NCBI RefSeq assembly: GCF_024521635.1
Contig: NW_026250407.1
Span: 62,001 to 126,000 of the forward strand
Length of the DNA: 64,000 bases
From: Tricharina praecox
Taxonomy: Eukaryota
Reading direction: 5' to 3'
Part shown: positions 51,879 to 64,000 of the stretch, piece by piece
How positions within the stretch are numbered: position 1 is the stretch's first letter
Layout: each line of letters starts with the position of its first letter
Notes under the pieces: model-generated
Told to the model about the DNA's origin: nothing
The model's input: only the letters and a program-made list of their open reading frames with translations
The model's database searches: none
Program-made: the position numbers and the translations under genes

Positions 51879-53986
51879 TCAACTGGCCATTTCGTTTCAC
51901 TCTGGACGCGCCCCTCTCGCTCTTCGCGTCCGTCGTCACTCGCCACTCGTCCTCCCGTCGTTGGGCTTCGTCCTCTTCTCTTCCCTACCCTTTTTTCCGT
52001 GACAAGGTGGCAACAACAGCGGATGCGAACGGAGCCGTCTGATTCGTGGATAGACAACTGGACCGAACTGCCTCAGAACGAGCAGGGATCCAACCGAGCC
52101 AGTCACAGGAGCGAGGACAGAGGGTGCGACGAGACGGACGAAGAAAAGAAAAGAAAGAAAAATAAAGAGGAAAAAGAAAAAAGAAAAACAATTTGACATG
52201 CAATAACATCGAATGCACATGCACGACGAGAAGCAGAGGATGGACGAGTGGATGGGTGGGTGCGTGTGTGGATGGATGGATGATGCATGGGTGAATGGAC
52301 GAATGGATGGATGTGTGGACGGGCGGGCGGGCGGGCTGGACGGTGGGCGAGCGGGCGGGCTGACTAATCTGTGTGCCGCCGGACCTCCTCTAAACGATCA
52401 CCGTTGCTCGCCGTCAACATGATGATTTGCGTATGTACCTGGTACGCACTGGCACCTTGCACAGCCCGGTAGCGGGAAGTAGAGGTACGATGCCTCTTTC
52501 GGGCGATACTTTCGTGGAACTACGCTGCATACTGGTGGTGGTAGCAGCGTTTATCGTATCCGTCCATGAAGTTGCACCTTCAACATGACACCGCCAGCCA
52601 CTCATAGTTGTCCCTCCCCACAACCGCACGACGCACGACATACAACCTCACCATCTCACCCCTTGGCGGCACGTTACCATTCTCCAGCAGTCCGCGGCTG
52701 CCTGACATACATGCTTTGCGGTGCGCCCTATTTCCACCGCAGCAGACCCGACAGTGTGACCGACCGCAGCGGTCCATGTACACGCGCATCTTTTGAACGT
52801 GCAGTGCCACCTAGAGTATCCTATCCTATCTCCCCAACCGTTCTCCTCAACACTTGCTGATCCTCGACTACCCAGGTGGTTCCGCGGAAGCTATGTAGGA
52901 AGCTGTCGGCGGCTAATTACGCCTCGGGCGGTGACACACCCGATGGTGCCCCGTACAGTCAGTCCTTCGATCGAAGGATCAATGGAGAACCTTCCCAGAG
53001 GTGTTTCGGCATGGGAAAGTGCTCAAACCTACCTCCCTCGCTATCCTGGGATGAAGATGCTTTTCGATCGTTCGTCCAGATTGGTATGCTCCGGTTTGTC
53101 CGGCAGGCAAGGCAAGGGTGGAGAGTCGACCACGTATGCATAGTACCGGTAGGCCGAAGACGCCGTCGTCGTCGTCGGGATTTGAATTGGCTGGTTTGCT
53201 TGGACCGTCTTTCCTGCGTCCTCTGGACGATCCGTTGCTATGCGGGCGGGCACATTCGATGTTAGGATGGAGGCGCGTGAGAGAGGTGCATGGCGGAGCT
53301 CGAAAAAAGGCTGGAAAGCTGTCTCACAGGCCAAGGAGAGCTCGTCGACTGGCTTGCCCGGTTCTCTACATACATGGATGCCCCACAAAGATGACCAGAC
53401 GGTGCATAAAGACATGTGCAGAGTACCGGTATGATGTACCTGTTACTAGTAGTAACTCCCAGTATACCTAGTAGTAGGTGTCATCTACAAATATTGAGAG
53501 AGCTCCTGCTCCCTGCTCTACTTCTTTGCTGCTACTACTGCTGCCCCTCGTTCAACCGATGATGATGAGATGATACCTTCCTACCTCGACCGGTAGACAT
53601 GAGTGAGGGGCGCTCTTTGTACTCTCGTTGCCTTGGCACGGTATCGAGACCTATTGATAGTCACCGACCATCGCCTTACTCACTAACTTCGCTTGCTTAC
53701 GGAAGAAAAGGAATCACGAGGAAAGGAAGAGGCCGGGGGGTGGTGGGCGTTGAGCTCACGGGATATATCTCACACCAGCCGGCGGTACCGACGAATATTT
53801 CGCCAAAACCTCAAACAAGACAGACACCCCATGGCAGCCTATGCCCATCCACATGCAACCACACCCATACCCACACCCTCACCCTCACCCTCAGTGCACA
53901 TCCACACCAGTCCGAAGATAATAAATAAGAAAACAAAAAAGGCTAAGAAAAACCGATGAGCTCTGTCGCGAACGCGCAGTGTTGCA

Positions 53987-54050
53987 GTATCGCAGTAGAT
54001 ATCGCAGTGTCGCGGTATCGCAGTAGATATCGCAGTGTCGCGGTATCGCA
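53987..54050. repeat. 28-bp tandem repeat, ~2.3 copies
   Basis: GTATCGCAGTAGATATCGCAGTGTCGCG read twice, plus a partial copy. Confidence 0.9.
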
Positions 54051-57000
54051 AACTCCCAGTCTCACAGTCTCGCAGACTCACAGTGTCGCTCGCTTTCCCC
54101 GCATGTCCGTGTGTCTCCAAACGGCAGCTGCGGACAAACCAGCCAGCCACTTGACCGGACATCTACTTACAAATGATACTCGCTCACTTCTCACTTATCT
54201 CGCTCGTCTCCGGGACAAGTATCCGTCCGGTCTTTCCGTCCCCTCCTCCCATCTCGCTTCTTTTCAGATGGATGGGAACTCGAAACTTCAACTTCCCTCC
54301 CTCGCTCCCCACCTGTGTCATGGCGAATACGAACGCTCTCTCTCTCTCTCTCCATCTATCTATCTATCTCTCTAGAGTAGAGTACCTCCACCCTACCTGC
54401 TCACTCAGTCAGTCAGCTATCACTCAGCCACCAGTTATCCCTCTGCGCGCAGCTATCTCCGTTTCCCGATGCTTCTTCCTTCTTCCTTCTTCCTTTCTTC
54501 CTGCTTTTCTGATCTGATCATCCATCCAAACGAACAAAAAAAAGATTTTCTCTCTTGCACCGCGCTACATTGCATTGCATTGCATGCGAGACCGCACCCA
54601 CCGCTCTGCATGCATGCATGCATCCATCCAGTATCATCATATCTACATACATATCGCGTTTCTCCAGCTGCTCCAGCTGCTCCAGTTGCCACCGTAGAGT
54701 AGAGTAACTAATGATGTACTAACTATAGCAACTACAGTCTACAGGTAGGTAGGCCTACCTACTCTGGTAACTCTACTTCACCATGTACTCTACTCCAGAT
54801 AGGTATTATGAGCAACGTCTTCGCTCTCTCTCCCTCTCTCTCTCGCGGCGCCTCCCGGAGCTCCCCCTCCCCCCCCCCTCCACATCATCGATTCATAACT
54901 ATCCTCGCGCAGTCGAAACATAACTACACACCCCAATTACTCAGATACCCTACCCATCAGCAGATCTAGAGGCGACGCCAACCAGGTGCAGTGTGCAACC
55001 CAATATCGGGCCGGCCTTTGCTCGCTGCACTTTTCACGCTACACTTTTCACGCTGCACTTGCTCACTGCACTTTCGGTAAGCGCGGCTTCCCTGTGTGTG
55101 TGGTCTGTGACTCTGTGTCTGGCTGTGTGTGCGTGTGGCTGTCTCTCTAGGTGGGTGTGTCTGGCTGTGTGGTGGCTGTCTGTCTGGCTGTGTGGTGGGC
55201 GTGTCTGGTGGGTGTGGTCACTGGTGGGTGCAGTGGGTGCATGGCAGTGTGGAGTGTGGAGTGTGGAGTGCGTTAGTTTGTGGTGAAGAACTGGGGGGGG
55301 GGGCACTGGCCAGAACTACTACATACATGCCAGCTAGCGGGCGTTTCCTGGCAACTGGGTCTGCGACTGCGTGAGTTTCCATGTTCGAGCAGAGCAGAGC
55401 AGGCTAACTAGCGATGGAGACCGCTGGTTGGTGGGTAGGCGACGACCTACTGGTGTCGATATGTATGATGGTTACATAGGGTTGTGCATATGTATTCAAC
55501 ATACAAATTGTGAATGGATGGCAAACATGGCGTGGCATGGGGCTGGGCAGTGGGGAAGGCTGCTGCATGTCACACGCCCACGCTCACGCCCACGCTCACG
55601 CTCGCGGATGAGCTGAGCATTGAACATTGAGCGAGCATTGAGCATGTGTGGCAAGAGCCACGGATGTCTCCGAGGCTGTCTCCGATATGATATGTATCGA
55701 CATCGATACTTGGTATAGGTAGGTATATCTACGGTTGGGGTGTGTGTGTCTTCCGCCCCCCGCCAGCCGCGACTGGTTGCGCCTCTCATTTCTCGTTTCT
55801 CGTCTCTCGTCTCTTGCCTCTTGTCTTTTGTGGGTGCTCCAACGGATAATAGTCACGGTACCCGCACTCACCATCTCCTTGTATGTAGGTAAGTAGGCCA
55901 CGAGATCCGCTGGAGGATCGGCTAAGTGGAGTAGTTACTGTACCTACTCACTTGGAACCCTCCGTCGGGTCCCGTGTCAACCGCCACAAACCCATACGGG
56001 TATCAACCGCCACTCCCAATATGGTCAGTGAATCGATGCCTACTTGGTATGTGGTGCCGCTCCAGAGAAGATACTTATACACACCTACCTACGACACGGA
56101 TTTTACAGTCCTGGCGGACTGTGGATCTACCTACACCCACTCTACTTTAGTCTATAGGTAGAGTACTAGGAATGATGGATCGCCCAGAGGAAGTGAAGTT
56201 TGGTAGTATTATATATGCTGACAAACTCTCAAGAGTCACATCTGCTGCTTTGCCGGCTGGAGAGCTTTGGCTCCCCATCTTCGCATTTGGCTCCCTAGAG
56301 CTCGCGAACCCCGCGAATCTGATAGGTAATTCGAGACGATCCTCCGTCCGGTGCTTACTGCCGAAGAAATACCGGTATCGAGTAGATGACCCTCGGCGAC
56401 CAATCGCGGCGGTGATTCGGTTCGGTTCGGCGAGGAGGTCCGCTCTGAGTCTTTACGGACAAAGGATACATCATATGCATACACATAAGTAGATGTGCTA
56501 TACCTAGGATGTGTCCAGTGGTTCGTTTTTATTTCCTTTTGTTTGAACTTTGGGTGTATGTACCAGAGGCTGCCAATAAGTGGTGCCTCACCGCCATTGC
56601 GAATTATAAGCGCTAATGAGCACCAGTCTATTTTAGGAGCGTACTAAGCAATATACAATCAAATGAGTGAGTGGTTGTGACTAAGTTGTATGGGGGAAAA
56701 ACTGGTGAGGCAGCACTTACCCTTACACCCGAGTACTATGGTGCAGGGTGACCTTACTGGCAGCGCTCATCCTACTACTATAGGTAGTAGATCTTCCATG
56801 TGTCTCTATGCAGAGTATCTGTCACTTCTTCCTTCAAAAAAAAAGTTTTGTTTGGTCATCATTGCATTCGGCATTGTAGATCATGGCAGATACTGGTACA
56901 TATCAGTTTCCTCTTCCTACTTTTCTTCTTTGGCTGGGAGAGGGAGGAGGGAAGAAGAAGAAGCGGAAGAGGAAGAAGAATATATGCGCCGAATATACAT

Positions 57001-59142
57001 GTACAGATTTGTCCATAATTCTACCGGCCGCGAATGATCCCCTCCCCCGCTCTGCGTCTCCGTCGAGCAGCCCGTTATCTACCTCGACTACAAACTTCCT
57101 ACATATATGTACTTATCACAAGAACGTAGGTATGGTCTACGAGTAGTCATCTGCACGCTGCCAAAGAGTAGCTATTTCCAGCATGAGTGAAAAATGAAAC
57201 AACAACAACACTCACCTTGTAAACTTACTTACGGTACCTTTGATGTTGGATTGCCTACTTACTTACGGTACCTTAAGGATACCAGTATAAAGACTCACTA
57301 CTCACCACTATTACATGGTAGATGGCAATTCGAATTTCCATCAATCGGCGCGATCATGGACGATCATGGACGAGCACTCGCGAGTCGTGGGCAGCTGTCG
57401 GATAATGGATTCAAGGCATGGTGTACGGTAGAGTACTCTATTGAAGTGGTCGGATATGGAGGGATATTTGCACACAGGGCAGTGGGGAGTATTTATGGAC
57501 GATATGAGGAATGTCCGTGGAGATGGGTTGGCTTTGGCTTGCGTACATGTACCTAGCAGTGTTCTTAACTGGCGAAGTTGACTGAAAAATATCCAGCGCA
57601 TCATGGGCGAGCACTCGTAGCTGGTCACCGCGGGAGGGGGTACGGAGGCAACCACTCCTTACCTGGTACTCATACCGTATCTTCCTCCCCGTATGCATGT
57701 ATGCAGGATGTAGGCGTTTCTACCGTTCGTCTCCAGGTAACTCCCTGTACTGCATGGTATCAGGTACGACCTTAACGGTTGTTCATCGTGCGTCGAGAGT
57801 CGAGAGTCGGGAGTCGGGATCCCGCCCCACCTCCCGAGTCCCGAGCGCCGAACCTCTCAAAGATCTCGCATGAGCCTGCGTGCGTGCGTGTGTGGAAACC
57901 GGTCTCGCAGAAGTTGGAACGTTTCCCGCATGTTTCCCGCATGTTTCCCGCATAGGCATGGGCGTGGGTGTGGGTGTGGGAGTTTATCCGCCATCGGAAG
58001 GGAAGTGGGCTTGGTCTTGTCAGGTGATCGGGTATAAGAACTGGCCTCGACAGAAACAGCCGGGTGGGGAGGGGGGACGAGGGAGCTCGCAGGCCGCGGA
58101 CTTCGCACTACTACTACTACCTACGCATCCGCAAAGTGAAGCGAAGTAAAGCCGAGCTCTATATCATGTCCGAGCTCACGACATGGTCGTTTAGTTATCA
58201 TACCTGATTACCCGATTACCCGATTACTCTCCCGGGCGTCCCCCGAGCGGCTACTAGCCGGGGGTGGGGGAGCTCTACTGCCGATCCGCTGGGGGATAAG
58301 CCCGCCGCCGAAGCCACCACCACAAGCCGCTGGTGTGGACCGACCGCAAACAGAACATCGGTGGTTGTGCACTTGTCCGGACAATGATAGGTCCCCCCGT
58401 TTCCCGTACTTGAAGGATGGATTCCTTGTGCGGCGGCCGGTGAGGTCGGTGAGGTCGGTGAAGACGGAAAGTGTTTTACGACAATCCTGCACACTCTCGG
58501 AAAAGCTACTCTAAAGACGGGTGCTGGGGGAAAAATATTCCGCATGTAGGCGGGACGGAGAAGGATGATGCGATGTGCCGCTGGATATATTCCATCCATC
58601 CATCTACATGCGACAATCGCTTGTTTCCGCATTCTTGAGGGCTGACGTACCTATGATGCTAGGCACACGTATGTAAGTAAGTACTAGTACCGTAACTATC
58701 GTGCTCGTACGGTATAACTACTCAGCAAAGCTTGATCCATATACCTAGCACGCTATTCTTATTTACCCTCAATGCCCATCCCGAGCGAGCCATGCGAAAA
58801 GCCGCGAGTTCTCGTGTGACAAACCCAGAGTGAAGATGCCACGCGTTATGTAACCCCCCTACCCCCAGCAGTCCAGGGCCCACTACCTACCGTACTCTAG
58901 AGTAGACTACTGGTGGGGGTGGAAGGAAGTTCGGAAGCTGTAGGCAAGGAAGGAAGCGCGCAGCTACCCACCACCACGACCACCAACTACTTCCTATTAC
59001 CTACTACCGCATGCGCAACCACCGCCTGCTGCTGCAGCAACGACAAATTCGATAAACGTGTTCACATCTTTCCTCTGCGTGTCCTCGGGCGGAGCGTTTC
59101 ATCCTGAGCGGGAACCCGCACGGCACTGCACTGCACGGCACG

Positions 59143-59428
59143 ATGAATTTCCTACAAAAAGGGCTTGCGGGCCTCGAGAGTCGGCTCGACAAAGTTCTTC
59201 TCGACGACGGCGGCAGCGGCAGCAGCAATAACGTGGTCACCGCACAGCCGGCCAGGAACACAATGATGCAAGTACAAGCGGAGGCGGCGCCGCGGCGGGG
59301 CAGCGGCGAGAGCGTCCGACGGAGCGGCGAGTCGGCGCGCGGAAACATGGCGGAGCGGCTGGCGGCCGTGGTTGCGGCCAAGAGCGTGGGCGGGAGGAGT
59401 GGGAGTCCGGCGGCGAAGAAGAAGACAC

Positions 59429-59462
<34 letters not shown>

Positions 59463-61584
59463 AGGCGTGGAGGAGAAAGCCGCCGCCCCCGAAGCAAAAA
59501 CGAATGGAACAGCTGTGCGAGACGCTCCCACGCCGCCACCGCCGCTACTCCCCGACGTCGACGTCGACGACGACGATTCGCGAGACCCCGAACAGCTCCT
59601 GGCTACGATATCGCTGCTGCGCCAAGACCTGGCGACGTGCGAACTCCGCCGTCAGGAAGAGAGTGTCGCTGCTTCGGAACGGATCGACGCGCTGAGCGAG
59701 AAGGTGCGCTACCTGTCGCAGGAATCTGCTGCTGCTGCGGCTCGCGAGCGAGGGAGCGCTGCTACTCCTGCGGAACGGAAGATCTCGGAGAAGGATGAGA
59801 AGATTGCTCTGCTCATTGAGGAGGGGGAGAGGCTGTCTAGGGGTGAATTGGAGTTGAGGACTACCATCAAGAAATTGAGGGTCCAGGCGAGGGAGAGTAC
59901 GGAATTGAAGAAGAAGTTGGAGGTGGCAGAGAGAAAGTGTGCCGAGGAGAGGGAGAAGGCGAGGGCAACTGCCGAGGCGGAGAAGAAGGCGCTGGAGAAG
60001 GTCAAGGTGCTCGTGAAGGTGGAGAGCGAGGTCGATGGGTTGAGGAGGGATAAAGAGGCACTGGCAGCCGAGGTTAGGGGATTCAAAGAGCAATTGGGAG
60101 AACAGGCCAAAAGGACGGCGGACGCGGAAGGCAGAGTTCAGGACGAAGCGCTGGAGAACGAGAGGAAGGCAACGCTAGAGCTACTGGCACAGATCGAACG
60201 AGTGCGGAGCGAGGCAGCTATGGTGGAAGAAAGGCTGAAGGGTGAAATCGAGGATCTGAAGACTAAGGCCGAAAGGATCTCGGAAAAAGCACGCAGGAGG
60301 GAGATGGAGATGAAGGCGGAGCTCACGGTAGGTCACATCTCAGGTATATTCACGTATTATCACTCGCTAATTGGTCCGGCAGGTAATGGAGGGAAAGATG
60401 GAGGCGTTGCGGGGAAGAGTCGAAGAAGCTTCATCTGGCTCTGCAGGAGATGCACACGCAAAATTATTGCGACAGGTCGAGACCTTGCAGACACAGTATT
60501 CTATTGCCAGCGAGAACTGGCAAGGCATCGAGGGCAGCCTGCTGGCCAGAGTAGCGAGCCTGGAGAAAGAGCGTGACGATTTATCAAGGAAGGAGGGTGA
60601 TATCCGTCGCAAAGCACGAGAGATGGTATGGATCTATTACAGTTCAGCTTCACCAGTGACTGACGAACCAACCAGAACCTCAAATGCAAAACTCTCGAAT
60701 CCGACATGGAGACAATGCGCTCCCAGCTAAAAGACCTCGAGTCCGACCTTGCCTCGGCCAACGAACTCACAGCAACCCTCCGCACCCGCCTTAACGCGGC
60801 TGAATCCGCATCCGACTCTCTAACCGCTGCCCACCGCGCCGAGCGTACCGCCTGGGAGCAAGAACTGCAAACCCGCATTCAGCAAGAACGCATTAAATGG
60901 GAAGAAACCACGATCCCAACAACGCTTACCCCTGCTACAAGCACCAACTCTCCCCCTCCAGTCTTCAGCCCTTTCCGTTCAAATCCGCCAGCCGCAGGCT
61001 CAACCACGGAATCATATTTCCTCGGTTACTCCCAGCCGATGCGCAAATCCACTAGCCGCACACCATCCATTGATCCTCCACGCAGCAGCGGCGGCTTCAA
61101 AACCCCACCAGTACGCTCAGACAGTTTCCCATACCTCAACACGTCGCTGCCTTCCGGTGATGTCGACGACTACTTCGACGGCATGAACACGCCATCCTCT
61201 CCGCACCGCCACCCGGACCTTGTCTCCGTGTCCACCGTTGCCGCCGGACCTTCCGTCCAACTCGTCGAGCGGATGTCCGCCGCCGTCCGGCGGCTCGAAA
61301 GTGAGATGGCAGCGAGCAGGGAAGAGCTAGGCCGTGTCGTCTCGCAGCGCGACGAAGCACGCGCGGAAATGGTCGAGCTCATGCGCGAAGTCGAGGCCAA
61401 GCGGAGTGCCGAAGCCCGCGTTCAAACGCTCGAGAGCGAAGTCGCCGATGCTAAGATGCGGCTCGAGACTACGCTGGAGATGCTCGGTGAGCGCGAGGAG
61501 CGCGTCGGCGAGCTGTGCCAGGACGTCGATGATCTCAAGGCGATGTATAGAGAGCTCGTGTTGGCTACGAGTGGAGGGAAATAG
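59143..61584 (+). CDS. SGM1: Golgin Sgm1/TMF1 (TATA element modulatory factor family; 3 exons)
   Basis: N-terminal FLQKGLAGLESRLDKVL, KDEKIALLIEEGERLS, LLRQVETLQTQYSIASENWQGIEGSL and C-terminal AGPSVQLVERMSAAVRRLESE...TTLEMLGEREERVGELCQDVDDLKAMYR. Long coiled coil; two GT-AG introns. Confidence 0.92.
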
Positions 61585-62827
61585 GTGCATTGTCATTGTG
61601 GTTTGCGTGTTGTTTTTTTTGCGTCGGCTGGCGTTGTTATTTTACCTGTGCTATCTTTGCTTATGGGCCGTTACTTCTTGCTGGGAATATGGGACGATTG
61701 AAATGAAGTACATACGGTCACGTCTCTAAGCGTTGAGCAAAACATACCTATGAGTCGTTTCAAACCTGGAACTCTGCACTCGAGTCCGAGTGAGCTAACC
61801 CTCCACCACTATGTACTAAACCTCCACAATCACGCACGTGCTTCATACTTTTGAGGGTAGGTACACGACCAGACTTGGTGGACCTACCGTTTCCGCGATT
61901 GAGGTAATAGGGCGGGTTTAAACTGTGGTGTAAGTTGTAATACTTTCCAGGTCTTTCAATGAATTCAAATAGTACTCGGTGGACACATGACCCAAGTGAC
62001 CTCATCCGAAGCCTCTCTTTGATCTCTCTATGTACCGTTTCCACACGCCAATCCTTAACTCTAATCAAGACCGACTACCTACAGGAACGGCATCTAAACG
62101 AGCCCCAAGCGCCATGTCCACTACCAACCGCTCCGCCAGACACGCTGTCCACTTCCACATCCACTTCCACAATCCCCACAAGCCAGTAGAGCCACGCGGT
62201 ATCTATCCGACAAGTTCCCATGTTCTCCCCACTTTCGAAAGCGACCTCGTCGGACCCGGTTTCTGGCTCTACTCACTGACACGATCTCTGCGCGAGAACC
62301 AACAGCCCGTGTGATTCTCTGTGACGCTGGCGCAGTCCACTGTGCTCACTCTCACTCGGTCTATATTGGGGCGTACGCCGTGTAAGCGCGCGGATTGAGG
62401 AGTGTATCCTACGTACGGTGAAGAATTATGATTGACGGAGGGATATATGCTGCAGTAAAGCAATTTCTGGAATTACAAAGATTCTAGGTAGTCAATTGAC
62501 TCTGGTAGCCTCAAAGGAGGGTTTCCAAACGGGATCCGTGGACTCAACTACGATTATTTGGAGTATGATTTGCGCGCCCAATTGTCCGACCTTCACGTTC
62601 ACTGACGTTGTCGACTTGAGCATGGACACTGAGTTTGATCTGGCTTTATGCACCGATGCGTTTGGTCTGATACTTGATTGGAGACCCTCTACATTACCTA
62701 ACGCTTGAACTACATTGCTTACAGTATCGAATTCTACTCCCGTTTGTATGTGTGTGAGCGGAACCAATCTAAGTAGCTCTACAGTACAAACTCGCGCACC
62801 GTCCTGTGTAGGTAGGTATCTCGCACT

Positions 62828-64000
62828 CTACAGCTTCTTCTTCCTGGATACAGCAGCACCATTCTGGCGACCACGGGCCTTCTCTTCCGGGACCCTGACA
62901 ACATCCGGAAAGCTGCAAATGCCCGGCCAATGCAGCGTGAACTCGTGCTGCCTGCCATCGAGGCAATACCTGAGCCACACCCCATACTGCAGCTGGAAGT
63001 ACGCTCCAATGCCAGTGAGGAGATGCCACCATCCGTGTCCCTCCGCGAGCCAGCCCCACGGCATGCCCACACTCCTCCTCCAGCTGCGCAGCGACCCGCA
63101 ATACGCGTTGTCGAGGTTCCAGAGGACGAAGCCGCCCAGGAACACACCGATGCCGGAACCGACAAGCTTCCACATGCGGTTGACGGAGGCTGCGTCAACG
63201 GACCGCACGTACCGCTCCATCATGTAGAATGAGCGGAAGAGCACGCCGACGGTGAGGAGGGCGAATACGTTTTGGTGGAAGGTGGGGTCTTGGAGGTAGT
63301 GGTAGTAGACGGAGACGCCGCCGGCAATGCTGGAGAGGAGGACCCCAACGGTGACCGAGTAGCGGATGGAGCGGCCGTGGCAGAAGGATGCTGCAGAACA
63401 AGTGAAACGTCAGTCTTTGTGTCTCTCATTCGGGATACCGTGGCAACGCGGGTGTAACCTACCCCAGGCCATGAGACACGTAGTGTAGATCATGCTTAGC
63501 TCGTCGACCAGTTGCATGGAGTCTGTGTTCCAGGTCAGCACAATTCCATCACATGCGGTCCTCCCCAGGGCTAAGGGAACAACTCACACCATAGGGTAGA
63601 ATGGAACAAGAAGCTCCCCAAGCCGACTCCAAAGAACCCTAGGAACGAGATGAAGAATATTTTATCGTGGCCCTCGTTGAGGCAGTTCCGCATCCCACGG
63701 ATCGCTAGGTACATGAAAATGACGTTCGTGATCGAGTTTACGAACTCAGCGCAGTCTATGCACAAACAGCACGGTTAGCAGCAGTTCGGACACACAGAAC
63801 GAGGGAAGGGAAATAGCTACATGGCGTCACGACATAATCCTCCTCGCACCAACTGCCGGAAAATCAGCTCCGGGGACAGAACAGACACGCTGGAGCTGGG
63901 ACCATACTTTATCGTGGCTGTAGGCTTCCCCCATGTGTTGAACTTTTCCTCGCCGTAGTCAACACTGGGAAGTCGCCGCACCGCCCCGTTGAGCGCGTTC
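62828..64000 (-). CDS. YPC1: Alkaline (phyto)ceramidase, Ypc1/Ydc1/ACER3 family; start codon outside the window
   Basis: WGKPTATIN/WCEEDYVVTP, AEFVNSITN, VGLGSFLFHSTL, MQLVDELSMIY, WNLDNAYC and EGHGWWHLLTGIG. Ends in KKKL, a di-lysine ER retrieval motif. Confidence 0.95.

Noticed and set aside
57557..57572. CAGTGTTCTTAACTGG resembling a hAT terminus
   Set aside because: No matching inverted partner or target duplication was found in the window.
61760..62790. Short ORFs between the convergent SGM1 and ceramidase genes
   Set aside because: No motifs and no consistent splice model.

Overview
Eukaryotic DNA from a filamentous ascomycete (Pezizomycotina; Pezizomycetes is plausible but not provable here), with short GT-AG introns carrying CTRAC/CTAAC branch points. 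I assembled 15 spliced genes: TRAPPC11/Gryzun (3' end outside the window), RXT2, PRP46, a KH-like orphan, PUT2/prnC, PMC1 Ca2+-ATPase, GCV1, NUP84, CMC4 (missed by the ORF track), SUMO/SMT3, an APH-like phosphotransferase, an atypical homeobox gene, NPL6/RSC7, SGM1/TMF1 golgin and an alkaline ceramidase (5' end outside the window). Accessory DNA includes three small TIR elements clustered at 21.6-23.3 kb, a decayed 5'-truncated LINE at 35.6-36.35 kb, and two long microsatellite-rich gene-free tracts (39.4-47.3 kb and 49.7-59.1 kb). The most notable observations are a ~2.0 kb AUG-free region upstream of NPL6 (~1 kb upstream of the homeobox gene), a homeodomain lacking the invariant Asn51, two related TIR elements with ANT-type flanks, and a KH-KH protein with an unknown C-terminal domain. 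I found no clear new multi-gene system. All family assignments come from recognising motifs by eye; no searches were run.
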